Positions 13,246 to 25,992 of a stretch of DNA of 64,000 nt are shown in pieces (positions within the stretch are counted from its first letter, which is position 1; each line of letters opens with the position of its first letter). The stretch covers positions 4,278,001-4,342,000 of the forward strand of contig JAYWIR010000014.1 in assembly GCA_036172245.1 (NCBI GenBank), given 5' to 3'. The notes under the pieces are model-generated. The model ran no database searches, had not been told where the DNA came from, and worked only from the letters and a program-made list of their open reading frames with translations. Origin of the DNA: Raillietiella orientalis. Taxonomy: Eukaryota. The position numbers were made by a program, and so were the translations under genes.

Positions 13246-14364
13246 AGGACTGCACCGAGGGAGATGGAGAAGAGGACGTAGTCCGGGTTAAGACAGGCTT
13301 CCTGGAAGACTGAAGCTTGGTTGGCTTCGAATTAGCGCATCCCGGAAAGGAAACACAAAGCTGTGACGCCGGATCCGGCACTCCAGGACGACTGAAGAAT
13401 GGACCGGCTGGACGCCCCCCTCCCCTACACATCGTTTCCGCTTGTCGCTCTCCCCTTCCTTAGGGAAGGCGAGAGGAAGCGAGCGCGAGGAAAGAGCAGC
13501 TACCAAGGATTGGCTCTCCGTTTCACCGCTTGAGGACCACCTGAATTGGGGAGCGAACGATCCTCGGATCGCCAGGCCATTTATCTGAAATAAACCTATA
13601 AAATTCATGCAGCTGGAGAATCAGACTCTGTCAAAAGGAGGAGGTGGAGAGTCCAGGTGGATTGCGTAAAGGACGAGAGACTCCCTCGTTTGGGGATGCA
13701 CATGCGGTGGATGAAAAATGTAGACAAAGAATGGAAGAAATGACGCATTGCTTTTATCAAAGAAGACAGAATGGGGGAGGGAAAAGGAGACTGTGGAAGT
13801 CCTCAGAAAATGGGAGGGTATGGGTGGGGGGTGGATGGACGACACCAGGGTCGGCTTGCTGCTCCTCGATCCAGGCGGAGAGTCAGGTGGGAAATTTCCC
13901 TTCGCGACCAAGTCGACGGAAGCGACAAGAGCGAGGTTCCGGAACCGTTGCTGAGGCAGGTAGTCGACCCTTGCAGAGAAGGATCGTCCCTCGAGATCTC
14001 AATAAACACGGCGAGGTGGACGCAAGCTGGCCCTCTTGTGAGCGCACAGGAGTTTTGGTCTGCAGAGGCGTCGGAGGCGAATCTAACGGCCCCGGGTCTG
14101 GAGCAGCACGGATCGTCCCAGACTGTTGCACCCGGTGGGGAAAAGAAAGGGCCTGTTCCAGCGTTGAAACCCGCCCATTTCTCTCGCGTGTCCAAGGGCT
14201 GGCCCACTTCTGCAGCGAAAACTCAGGGGTGAGACGGTCTGAGCGAGGGAGGAACCTCTGCTCCATGAACACGGGGAGGATTTCTGAGCAGGATCTTTGG
14301 ACCACTCTTCGCCGAATAAACGAAGAGCTGATTCTATTATGAGTTCTGAACAAGGCATCTTCAC

Positions 14365-14970
14365 TCACAAAACACCTGGGGGGGCGTGGACTCCAACTGT
14401 TGCATGTGTGGGGAACGGGAATCCTTCTCGCACCTGCCTGTAGACTGTGCTGCCCTCCGTCCTCTGTGGTTGCGTTACGCAACGGCCTTGTACACCGACG
14501 GACAATCCCAGAGACGTGACAAAGCCTCTTGACAAAGCGATGCCCTTCGCCTGCCGCATCAGCAGCAGCTGTCTGCTGCTGCCTACGTGGAATTGCGGCG
14601 GCTTGGAGCTACGCGAGAGGAGGACGGCGCGATAAGGGCGCCATCTCCTTCGCCCTGAGCTTCATGAAGACAGCAGCTAGGCCTGACAGCAGCTATGGCC
14701 TCACCTGGGACATACTCAGAAGAAACTTGCCGGCATCCTGGAAAGGATGCAGAGGACGCACTTTAGTACCCGGTGATCCTTTCCCTAACCCTCCCAATTT
14801 TTGTATATACTTTTCTTTTATTTTCTGTTTGGTCCCTCCCTCTCCGCTGCCGAGACTCGTGCCAGCCTGAGTGCCGGTTACTCAGCAGGTTCTGAGCATT
14901 TTCGGACAATGTAGGGCCCTACACATGTGTGTTTATTTTTTTTAAATAAACGTCCCGGGATGACTGGGCC
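14365..14970 (+). mobile_element. 5'-truncated Tx1/L1-clade LINE 3' fragment
   Basis: VDSNCCMCGERESFSHLPVDC knuckle, ..FMKTAAR.., T-rich UTR, GTTTATTT-N5-AAATAAAC at 14931-14951, then the cccgg-gatga-ctggg terminal stem. Confidence 0.85.
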
Positions 14971-16379
14971 TAATAACTGTCGCGGTATGACCCACTCGCG
15001 AAACCACCAGGACTCAAAGAAAGGTCTGCGCAACTCTGATCCCTTGCTTCAAGCAAGTAGCGAAGGAGGCGGCCGAAACAAGGAAGCCTGTGGAATCCCC
15101 AAAGGACCCGGAGGACTCCGTAAGTGCGGGACGATAGTCAGATTCGTATCCTGGACTAAAAGGAAAACGTCTTCTCTTAGAAAAGCAAGAGGTAGCCGGA
15201 CGTACAAACCCGCACGCTTCTTTCTAGGAAGAGTAGCCGCCCAAGCTTGAAGGGGCCCGTGAGGAGGATGCTGGAGGAACAGAACTGCGAAGCGCTTTCC
15301 ATACCCTTTGCGATCTGACCAGTCATCATATTTGCTCAGTACCTAATGGGGATGTCAAAGCATCATCAGAAGACGACATGACTATAAGATAGCGAGTGAG
15401 TGACCAGGCAGGCGAGTGATTTCTCTCTCTTGACTGAGTGTCAGTCGGAGGCCTCGGGGTCAGTATGCATGACTTTAGGAGCTTCGGTCGGGTTCCAAAT
15501 GAGACAAAGTACTCCCCTTCCCCAGAATAAGAACAGCGCTTGAGAGAGAGTGGGTGTTCCTGACAAGAAGCGGGCTACCCCCGAGAATTCCGGATCCGTC
15601 GAGGAAAGGGGAAGGAAAAAACTCTGGATGAATGAAATCCTCTTTCCCATGCAACCATTTATTCTGGAAATTCCTGCCTCCTGACAAGCTAATCTTCCAG
15701 TGGATTGGTTGTCCTGGAAAACCGAAGAGGCACCCAAGGGGTTCTCGCTGTTTGAAAGATTGCAGACGGGATGTTAGAACCCTGCTCTAAGACGATCCCG
15801 TCTCGGATTCAGCGGACGAACGTTCCAGCAGATAGCACTTTGCTGATATCCGTAGGAAGGGCTCCAGCTGCATGCAAATGCGAGGAAATGAGGGGCGTTT
15901 TTCAAACTTCACTGCTGATCCCATCCCTCTCAGGAACGAGGGAGACCTTGGTCCTTGATCTGCATGCCCCCTTCTTGAGCGAACGGGAAGTTTGTCCTGA
16001 GCTTCGCCGTCTTCTCTGAGTTCTCGGCTCCCTTCCTTGAATCCTGGATTCAGGAACCTTCCATGCCGCCAGCATGGAAGGCCTCGAAAAGCCTTATCCC
16101 ATGATGGCTTCCAGAGCCAAGGCATTCAAGAGGAAGGGTTTCAGCAACCGGTTCCGGACAGATCACCCTTCCATGGAGTTCCTGGCCATTTTTCGGTAGC
16201 TCTGCTTTCAGGAGATAGCCTTTAGCTCTGGAGGGGACAGTCTGGCATGCGAAATGGAAACATATTGCATCCAGGTTGCAGGTCCAGGGTTGAAGCTGAG
16301 GACTCTTTACACCTTGCTTTGATTCCTGTAGGATCAAATGCTTCTATTTGCTCTTCTGATGTGGCTCATTATCACGGAT

Positions 16380-16860
16380 GGAGACCCCTTAACGAAGATT
16401 TCGATGGCCATTGACGCCACGAGTGAGTGCTGGGAAGGAGCCAGATGGGTAGGTTCTTCAAACACCAAGAAGAGGACTCAAAAGATGAGCTGCGGGCAAG
16501 ATTCCATAGACGGGTTGAAGGAGCAGGGACTCTCGTAGCAAAAGAAGGGAACTCTGAAGAGCGAAAGGGACCTTGATCCACGGTTTCAGAATGTTGTCGA
16601 CCTTCAAGAGGGAAATCAAATACAAGAAAGCAGAATCTGCGGACACCGAGTCTCCTCTCTTCCAGACACAGAACCACGAATCTAAAAGGTTGGATGAAAG
16701 GGGCAGCAGATTTCGCTCGTCTGCCATCGCAAACGACGTAAGCCAAGCCTCTAATTGTTCTTACCTTCGTCTTCCAGTTTGTATTCTCAAACGGATGCTC
16801 AGATATATCTCCTGCTGGGCGGGAATCCTCTATGATAAACTCTTCGTTGTCTATCTCCTT
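16380..16860 (+). pseudogene. Possible DIRS-type RNase H relic
   Basis: ISMAIDATSECWEGA resembles TDAS..GWGA, QDSIDGLKEQGL resembles HIN.LE..A, and SAIANDVSQ resembles N..AD.LSR, in the expected order. Upstream (~15090) GIPKGPGGLRK resembles RT VPK..GG.R. All are very degenerate. Confidence 0.3.
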
Positions 16861-17839
16861 ACTCTTAAATGAATCACTTCCGACTGGTTACGGCTCTTCA
16901 GCTGGCTTCCTCGCTCCCAGAGATGCCCCACCTGAATGCAACTGCACAGTGGTGGTCAAATACTCCTCACTTTTCTTTAAACGCACATCTGTTTGTTTGC
17001 TTTCTTGATTGCTCTTTTTTTCAGAGAAGATCCCTTCCTTGGGGTGCTGATGGAACGACACTTGTTTTTCTCAGAGACTCCTTTTCGCCGTTGAATGTTT
17101 CTCCCCGACTCTTCCTTCCGTGTCCCACAGTCGTACCCTTCCTTCCTGCCCTCTGCTTGTCAAAGCAGTCTGAAATTAGCTTTAGACAGCAAGCTCAAAA
17201 ACTAGCTTCAAGTCGTTCCTTCAGCAAGATGAAGGTAGCAGGCACAGAGATGGTTGCAATTTGTGGTGGCATGCAAACCGGTGTGCCACCCCCTGAATTC
17301 CTTCATCACTACCATTCTGTATTGTTTTCTGATGCACTATCACCCATGCTACTTGAACCATTACCGTAGTATTCTTCTTCCGCTTGTTCTGTTCATGCCG
17401 AGACTGCCGCTGCTAAAGTGTCACTACGAATCCATAGCGTCCGTCATCCCTGTCTCTCTGTTCAGTTCTTCTTGCCCTTCTCGGCAATTGTTTGTCACAG
17501 CAAATCTCAGGTCTACCAACTTCGAATCTTCTTAAAATGATGAGATCCTATCCTGATGTCATCCGCTCATTCCTCGTCGTTGCCAAGGTGGCTCCAGAAC
17601 ATCAACCATTCATTCTTCATCTCCAACCATAAGCCTCACGATAGCTTCGCTCTCCTTCTCTCACAAGACATCTCCACAATCAGCATCAGATACTTTCAGT
17701 ACACAAGCTGAATCTTTGACTCCTTCAGCCTGTCTTCAGCTTTCATTCCGGTGGTCTACGAACGTTAGTAATGGACGGGTGCGTCAAACAAGTCTTAAGC
17801 ACCGTAAGGGCCCATATTTGACCCTGCGATGGACAGCAC

Positions 17840-18196
17840 AATAAATTAATAAAACATTGATATTAATTTAACTTTTACGTTTAACCGCTACTGCTGGCAC
17901 GCATATTAGCAATACCTTAAATAATTACTAATTCAATTTTTTTTATAATTAAAATTAAATACTACACACTTTTATTTTAAAATTTATATATATCTCATTA
18001 TTTCAACTAATATTAAATCACATGTCCAAATTTTTACTAACAGCTCTAAGCATAATTAAATCCTAAATTCAATACATATATTTTTGTCATATGAGTTTTC
18101 AATTTTAAACAAGAAATGTTTCCTTTTTGTTGTAAATAAAATATTCTATTTAACTACTCCCTGCCTTTTTAAAATAATCAAATTTAAAATTTAATA
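17840..18196 (-). pseudogene. rrnS: NUMT: 5' part of mitochondrial 12S rRNA, possibly with adjacent AT-rich control region
   Basis: Abrupt, very AT-rich island in GC-rich DNA. 17882-17900 reverse-complements to GTGCCAGCAGTAGCGGTTA, the conserved SSU GTGCCAGCxGCCGCGGT motif in a mitochondrial-like AT-rich context. Confidence 0.85.
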
Positions 18197-19930
18197 GGTC
18201 GCATTGGTTTGTAGGTCAGCTTCCGGCAGACCAGCGATTCCCTTGTGGAGCCAGCAAGGAAGAGTTTGCCGTGGATACGGATGAAATGATTGCGTCGACC
18301 AGCACCAAACCCCTAGCAGTCGAAGGAGTTTGAATGAATCTTTTTCCCCTTCTTTTTTGTTTTTTTATATCGAAGTGTCACTCAGTTTCTCTTAGGAAAG
18401 CGAATCTATTCGGGATGCTGCGTCGGAGTCTCCTAAGAATCGCAGTTTTTTATGAATTCGTCCTATAGGACTCGATACTTTGTCTCAGAGTCCTTGGGCC
18501 CCAATCGAAGTCCCTGGGCGGAAATCTTTGAGAGCGAGGAGAGAGTTTGTCGAGGCTCCGGGAAGGAGGACTTCGATGGACCGCCTCCTCCTTGGACGGG
18601 TGTGAACTCCCTAACCTGCCTGTCAGCCACAGCAGTGCCAAATTTTGCTTTTGTTCCTCTGCCAGTATTCCCGGGAGATTCCTACTCGTACGTCAGGCAC
18701 GGTCGTTTCCCACTCGCAAGTCAATCCCATTCCAGAGATCCATAAATCAGGATCTTTATCCGTTCCCCATCCTCTGTAAAAAGGGGGAATTTCCTTCTGT
18801 TTCCCAGTAATCTGCGCGACCGAAATCTACGCTGGACGCGATCGATCTCGTGTCTTTCAAAACCATGCAGGATGGAGGGACTGTGTCCTCACATCCCTTC
18901 CTGCGACCTCCCCCGTAGGCTCGCGTGCCTTCCGCTTCCCGAAAACCGCCTCAGGGCTTTTTTCCTCCACCGTTCCAATCGCTCCGACTGCGACCCCCTG
19001 ATCGGACACTCGAGCCCCCGTCACGCATGACCCCGGGCCGTCTCTCTCGAAATTGCTCGTTTGATGTCTCTGCCTCCCTCCGCTGTCCGGTTCTAATCCC
19101 TCCATTCCCGTTTCCCAGAAACTGGTGGATTTGGCGTTCGCCGCGGTTTGTTGGGGCATCTTTTGAGGCTGACGAGGGATTAGAAGACCATGCTACCCGC
19201 TCCGCTTCCCTACGGATGAAAGCGCCTGATCTCCGGTGCAGCTTAGAAGAAGAAACATCTGCGGAAGTCGCGGCCACGGATCGCAGACCATCGACTTCTT
19301 GGTTTCGGACATAGGGAGATTCTCCTGCGCCGCAGATCGAGGGTTGCGCAGATGCGAGAGCGCCGGGAGCACTGCGCACGGAGACGGGCGTTCTCGCTCC
19401 AGCGGATCCGACGACCGCCCTTGGACTTGAGATGGCGGCCTCGCCAGACTCTCCTTAGGGCGGCCTCCGGCGGAAGTTCCGCGTGCGAGGACACGGAGAG
19501 TGCTATGGGTTTGCCAGATGCGCTCTGCAGGGGCGGTATCGGTAGACGAATGCCCATGGCGCATCGAGCACTGTGTCGAAGAAGTGCCGCCTCTCCGATC
19601 CCTCGAGTCCCGGAAACCTGCCGGATGTTCAGAACACCCGTGACCTCGCGCTTCTGGGGTGGACCAGACACCCAGTTCGGAAGAAATTGACCCCGCTCTC
19701 CTGAGGCAGACAACTGGACGGCGCTCCCGAGGAATGCGAGCAGGGAAAGATTCCTCTTCTGTCCACCGTCGTTTCCGTCCGGGCACTCGTCACCCGAAAC
19801 ACGGAGCGGCCTGTGCACTTCCTGGTTGCCAGCCCACTCCGGGATTCCGCAAAAGGAACTTCCCGGCAATGGCGAGGGCGGAGAGACCGGAGACCCTAGC
19901 CCCGTGTTCGAGACCATGTCGCAGCCATAT

Positions 19931-20725
19931 GGCTCGCGTCAGAGATCACGTGGCTGCTGACGTCTCCGTGCGTGGCGCCGCCAAGCGTCGCGGGTTCGGA
20001 TACTCGGGAAGAATCGATGCCGAGGAATAGGAGGTGAGTCGCGGGTTCGGGTCCCTCCCGCAAGATGACGCTAATTGACCTGTCTTTGAGTGTGGTACCG
20101 GTAGCGGTTCGAATCAGATGCCCCCTATGAGTGGCAGGGACAATGGGAGTCGGCCTTCTGGGTCCTTTCAGGAAACTGAATCAAGGATCAGTTGGGGATC
20201 CCCTCCGGTTGTGCGAAGGAGCTGTCCCTTCCTCTTCGTGAATGGACCCTCCGTGTCGTACCTTGGAGCTGGTAGATTGATGATGACACCTCTCCAGTGT
20301 GCAAGAAGCTCGCTCCTCCTTCGGGAAGCGGTCTTTCAGAGAAAATTGGGACGCGTCCCTTCGTGCTTCCTTTCAAAGGAGTAAACAGGAGTGGTTCCCT
20401 TGCGAGTTCCCTCCGAAGAGGAAATTCCTAATAACGGATCCTTTCCGGGTTCCCTTCGGAGAAGAAAAAATGGAACAGATCCTTCAAGGGTCTCTCCGGA
20501 GAGAATGAGGGAGAGGTTCCTTTTGGAGTTCCCTCCTCAGGCGTGAGAGGAACGGACTCCGAGCCCTTTCTGGATTCATAGAGCGGACTCCTTCCAGTGT
20601 TACCCCATATCTTGAAGAATCACACGTATTTTTGGGTGGCATGGAACAGCGCCAAAGAGCTGCAGGAGCTGCCAGGCGCGCGACAGTTCTGGAGGTACTT
20701 GGAGAACCAAAGAAAAACAAAACGT
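19931..20725 (+). mobile_element. Uninterrupted tRNA-headed SINE (~0.8 kb; empty LINE target)
   Basis: Head ..gtggctgc..gtctcc..ccaagcgtcgcgGGTTCGGATAC (B-box-like, ~19993) and core ..cgcaagatgacg.. join directly to the tail. The tail is homologous to the reverse complement of 9180-9536 and 31815-32348 and ends A-rich (gaaccaaagaaaaacaaaa). Confidence 0.7.
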
Positions 20726-22199
20726 ATTCGAGATTGGATCGGCATCTCTTCTCTCCGCATGATTTGTTCAGCGCGGTCCATTCTTTATGCCTCTTTCATC
20801 TCTCAAAGGAATGCGGAAGGCGTAAAGCGCAGGATGTATCGATTGCTTGTTTCAAGGATCACCTCTGAAGAAGACGGGACATTACCTTTGAAATATCCAG
20901 GAAAAATGAGGGATGCAGCACTTACCCGGGCAATTTCTGAATCGTCCGAAGATGCTGGCAGCCTTGAGAAGGCCTTAGCATGAGACCTCTCCGGGAGCTG
21001 TCACGCGGTTACGACTGCCAAAGAGATCTTTGCGCAAGAGACATTAGAAACCGCGTCCATCGAGGGGGGGGGGGGGGCACCTGAGCAGAACCCTCGAGGT
21101 CACGAGCAGAATGCGAGCTCCAAGATTCATGCAACTGTGGCGCGTGTGGAAGGGTATCTGGGCGCATTTTCCGCGGTTCCTGTGTCTCCTTATCCTCCCG
21201 TAGGGTCGCAGAGAATCGTTCATCCGGTTTCTGGTGCACGTCCCAGCCATTCTGGATGAGGATGGGCTCACACCATTCTCCTCGTGTTTCCCCCTTGTGT
21301 GGAGAAGGCACACCTAATCTATGTAAAAGTGGTACAGGTCAAGAACGCATACAGATGTGGTAGGCGTCCACCAAACAACTGAAGAACGGTCCACCCGATC
21401 CCTCAGCTGAGAAACGAGCGGGCTTCATCACTGAGCCTGACCGAGACCAAATCATGGTCAGTTTATGGCGGTTCGATGGTGACTGAAGCGCTTGGCAAAC
21501 GCAGTGAGAGTAAAAAGGTCATCCTAGAGGCTGCAAACTCATCTCTGTCACCGTTTCTAATACAGGTTCGACGCTTTACGATGAGGACTATTATTTGAGC
21601 GTTGTCCTTGGAGATGCGTGGTCCCTCCTTAGAAGGAACAACTTGGAACTCGGGAAACAATTAAAAATCTCCCTCGAGATACAATCGATACAACTCAGGT
21701 CCTCCACCGATCCCTTAGGCATAGATCAGAATTTTCTTCTTTTTTTTTTAGCACTGATAATTGTGGTAATAGCAGAAGTAATGGGAGGAGGAGAAAGAGT
21801 GTTCCGAGGCGGGTCCCGTCCTGAGAACGAGAAGCCGAGGTCCCTGCCATCTGCTCTGAGAGACTCCCGCGGAGTCGCCACCTCCGCGTCAAGTTTCGGA
21901 GAGGAGGGTGGTGGCGGGGGGCAGGTCCAGCTCCCTACAGGACCGCTTCTCTTCTACGGCCTGCAGCAAGTCGCCCAGAAGAAAACCCCGGATGTATCGA
22001 GCGCGCAGCATGTCTTCTTGACTGCAGGCGATCCTCCTTCTCCAAGGTCACCAGGCTCGCGAGCTCCTACCTCAACCGGTACAACCTCCCTGGGTCAGCG
22101 AGCCAATTGTCATTGTAGTGGTAAGCGACCACGGAGGCCAGGTCATATGTTGAGGGGTCTCAGCGGAGGTGTGTAGCAGGTTGCCCTTCGGTCCGAAGT

Positions 22200-22860
22200 A
22201 GGACATGCCGGATTCACCGCTGTAGCAGAGCTGCGCAAAGTGCATGACCATGTGGAGCCGAGGTCACGAGGGTGAACAGGAACATCTCCTGGTCCAGCCT
22301 CCACCGAGTCGAAGCCAACCGCCAGAAAGAGTTACCCGTCGGCTCAGCCCGTCCTCCAAGCGCAGCAGAGCTCAGACGTAATGGATCTTCGTGCCCGCGG
22401 AGCACGGCAGGAGTCTGTGCTCCCTGAAGAGCGTCAGGAGAGCCTCCATGTACTTGGAGATGCAGTCCAGGGCCAGTATTAGGAAGCTCTTGGTGGACTC
22501 CAGGTATACTGCTAGCGCTAAGGCCACCATGAGGCGGATCTTTTCCCGCAGCTTTCCTTCACCGGGCAGAGCTGGCAGGTCTCCCAGAACGTCTCCTTTC
22601 CCATGGAGAAACCGGCGCAAATCAGCCGCTAGTGGTTCTCTTCCTGCAGGATGGCGGTCCACGGTGACCGGAAGGTCATGGGCAGCCATCTCTTCCCGGT
22701 CGAAGTTCCAGTAGTTTCTGTAGGGATGGTCGGGGCGCTGGCCCGTGCTGTGGGCGTTCCCTCGGAAGTTCTCCATCCAGATGGCCTCAGGCGGCGGATG
22801 CGGCAGTGGCTCCGCTGCTGGCGTTGCGCGGAGGCAGGTGGAGCATCGCGGAAATCCTAG
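22200..22860 (-). pseudogene. Possible DIRS-like tyrosine recombinase relic
   Basis: ..PYRNYWNF..DLRRFLHGK..ISKYMEAL..HRLLP.. then WRLDQEMFLFTLVTSAPHGHALCAAL. This resembles the DIRS YR pattern Y..W..F / FL / I..F..G..RP / K..FLLALASARR..EL.AL. Frameshifted, and the catalytic Arg is not retained. Confidence 0.35.
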
Positions 22861-24454
22861 CACCTGCGCAGGTCCAACGCGCAGCTTTCCTCCCTCCGAC
22901 GCTCTCCCTGGGCAGTTTTGTTCTTCGGACCAAGCACCAGGTGGGGAGATCTCGACCGGAGAACTCTTCGTTCCACCTTTCAGGTCGGCAGGGGAACCCG
23001 GCTAGATGAACGCTGAGAGGGCATGGGGCATGATCCGCGACGCTGAGAGGCCTCAAACCCCGTGATGCTCGATCGGTAGTGAACCCGTCCAGGTCTCCCA
23101 AGGGACTTCTGGAAGGCGTTTGCACCACTTCGACCTCAGTAGGGAAGCAAGGCTGCCACTGCATTTTCCGCTCAGGGCATCGAGCGGGGAAATTTTCGCG
23201 GAGGAGGCTCTTCGTTTGGGGAGGATCCTGCTTGGTCCAAAAGCTCGCAGTTGATAGGGGTGCTGGACGATCACAATTAAGGACTCTCGAAGACAAGAGA
23301 CTCCCAAAGTCCTCGGAGGGAAAAAAAGGAACTCCGAGAACTTCGAAGATGAGGAGGCTCCTAAAACTGACTGCCTTCTCCTAGGTCAAGAGCAGCGGGA
23401 TCGCCATCCTCCTTTGGGCACAGCGCGAGAACAGGATATGTCAAGTGATTCAGATAGCGATCCCCGTTCTGCCTTCGGAATCGCGGACGCTGACTGCTGG
23501 ACCTGGCACGCGCTTGTGCTGTGCTCCCGGAGAGTCTTGCCTGGCACCACGAGTGGGCGCCAAACGAAAAACCAAGCTACAGATGATTCGAGGAGAAGAG
23601 AGAATGAAGGACCCCAAGCTTACCAGCTTCCTGGAGAGTGCCATCGTCTTCGGAGAGAGGGGACAGTAGGGCAAGGAAGCGCTGTTGCTACTCTTCTTCG
23701 AGATTCGGAAACCGGCCAAGCATCCCGGAAGCGCGATCTGGCCCTTTTGAGGTAGATGGGACCGGTTCGACTGAAATCGACCTCCGCTCCCCCAAGGCAG
23801 GCGACGATGCTGCTTCCGAGGAGGGAGAGTAGGGAATCCTCCTTCGAATTCGAACCCTTTCAAAGGATCTGCATCCAAAGAGGAAGCTGAGCCGAGCACT
23901 CTTGAGTGCTCCCTGCAGTTCCAGGGTTGAGGGAACGCTGATAGGGATGCTGAAATGGGAGAGCGAACACTCTCACATTTCCCCCATTTTCCTCGCTCTC
24001 ACAACTCAACACCAAAGGCGCCTGTGGAAGGTCACTCTTTCACTAACTGTGCACTTTGCCGACTGTGCAGAAAATCAGGGTAGCAAAATCAAAGTTCTTC
24101 GGCCTGCAGCTTCACCGAGGATGCCTGTCTGGCCGCAGTGGTCTGTCAAGAGCCCGAGAGCAGCTCTTCGGTGGGAGGCGCGCTGGAATGAAGTGGAGAA
24201 CAGTGACATTGAAAGCACTTCGAGAATGACAAGAGAAAGCTGGAAAAGCGCCTCGAGTCTCAGCTGGGTGCCATCCACCAAGAAGCAAGCGGTGATGTCT
24301 GCCCTTGCTCTGCCTCCATAATGGTGCGCTCTCTGATTGGCGGGGGTTCCTCGAGAAATCCTTCCTTTCCGAGATCGAGCCTTCGGATCAGCCCGTCGGG
24401 AGCAGTGAAGGCCCTCCGGCCGATTCCTCAAATATACAAATCGTGGGCACGCTG

Positions 24455-24600
24455 CCTGCACTGGTGGCTGTGTGACCGCGGTCTCCACGCGTCGCGCCAG
24501 ACGTTGCGGGTCCGAATTCCCGTGCGGAACGATCGACCCCGGGGAATGGATACGTCGTAGATTCCAAGACCTCCTACCCCCTCAGCAGAGTGACTCTGGT
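24455..24600 (+). mobile_element. SINE head plus core abutting a LINE 3' end
   Basis: ggctgtg..gtctccacgcgtcgcgccagacgttgcGGGTCCGAATTCC.. is homologous to the other SINE heads. Confidence 0.65.
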
Positions 24601-25105
24601 TTGACACTCGGTTGCTCCAGAACGTTTATTTATATAAAAAATAAACATACAGGTCAGTGACAGGACTCTTGGTACTGCCATGTCACATATGCGAAAAGAA
24701 ACTTTGATCTTAGCCAAAAGGTCGAGAAGGCGGCACGCAGGCCGGCGAGGTTAGCCTAAGCAACAGAGGGGAGGGGAAAAAAAAAAAGGAAGACATAAAA
24801 CAAAAAAAAACGTACAGTAAAAAAAATAGGTGTTCGGGAAGGGATCATCGGGTGCTGAAGGACATTGAATGCATCTTTTGCAGGATGCCGGCAAGTTCCT
24901 GTTTCAAGACTCCCAGATGGAGCCATCTTGACGCTGTCCTCATGAAGAGGACAGCAAAACAGATGGTGTCCTTATCGTTCTGGCCTCCTCTGAGGTCGCT
25001 CTATGAAGCCACGATTCCGCATAGGCAGAAGAGGGCTGCTAGGGATGCGGCCTACCGTCGTGAGGGCGTCTCTCAGGAAGGGGAGCTTCCAAACGTCTCT
25101 GGCGT
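24601..25105 (-). mobile_element. 5'-truncated Tx1/L1-clade LINE 3' fragment
   Basis: Close reverse-complement match to 10380-10910 (the antisense ORFs 24852..25394 and 10315..10632 are near-identical), with the same UTR and 3' end. Confidence 0.9.
24701..24729 (-). pseudogene. U2: U2 snRNA 5' fragment (about nt 5-33)
   Basis: The minus strand reads CTTCTCGACCTTTTGGCTAAGATCAAAGT versus the metazoan U2 5' end (ATCG)CTTCTCGGCCTTTTGGCTAAGATCA(A)AGT, one mismatch. The rest of U2 is absent. Confidence 0.85.
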
Positions 25106-25109
25106 GGGT

Positions 25110-25210
25110 TCCGAGTTCCACTCCTCATCCTCAGCGTCTATTCCTTTACGCTGGGAATCGGACCCTCAACGCTTGGTGCCACACGCGGAGAGATCACAGC
25201 CATACGCCTG
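25110..25210 (-). mobile_element. Isolated SINE head
   Basis: Minus strand ggctgtgatctctccgcgtgtggcaccaagcgttgaGGGTCCGATTCCC is homologous to the heads at 32850-32890 and 11030-11095. Confidence 0.65.
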
Positions 25211-25992
25211 CGATGGAGGCCGTGCAACAGGTCTCCGCGCTGCACACCTTCTGCCTTCTCTCTCTCCCTATATTCCGCGCCGTATCCCGTTCGCCTTTTC
25301 TGAACTCCTTCCCGGTAGCATTCGAAGGAAAATTCATCTTCTTTCCTTCACCGTTCCTCCTTGCTGCCTAGCGGTGCCAGCCACGACTTCGTGAGTTGCC
25401 GGAAGGGGTCCGAAACCGTAAAGTTCTGGAGCCGCACCCTCTCTGAAGCAGCCCAAACTGAAACGAAAGCGCACCCAACACGGCGGAAAGAACCTGCCCG
25501 ACGCAGGACCGCATCTCCCGGTGCCCTACCACTGCCACAGAATCTCCGAATTTACCTGCGAGCTCTTTTTTTGTGTATGTTTTTTTCGTCTCGAATCCCT
25601 CGCGATTGGATTTCGTCTGTCCATTTGGACGTTTCCGACGACGTGCCTCTCCACATCCGCACACACCCGGAACGTCCCTCGGAGTCCAGCTTCTGCACCA
25701 GCGGACGAGTCTCCAGATGACCAGGGAAGCGACGCGACAGGCCCTTTTGGATTTCCCACGCGATCGACACTTCTGTGCTTCGGGATCGGCCATGTGAGCT
25801 CGTGAAGCATCCTCGTCGCACCCGGAAGACACGCTTGCGGACGCATAGGAGGTCCCTGTTGGGATCCAATCACGTCTCCTATGGCTCCGGCTCCACAACA
25901 GGAGCATTCGTGCAACGGATGGTAGGGTGGGCATCACTCCTCAGAGGGATGCGGAACCAGAACTCGGAAGGATCAGCCGTGGTGCTCCTCGC

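Noticed and set aside
20720..20790. YSRLDRHLFS resembling the APE endonuclease SRLDR motif
   Set aside because: Isolated, with no upstream GDFN or downstream SDH motif in frame.
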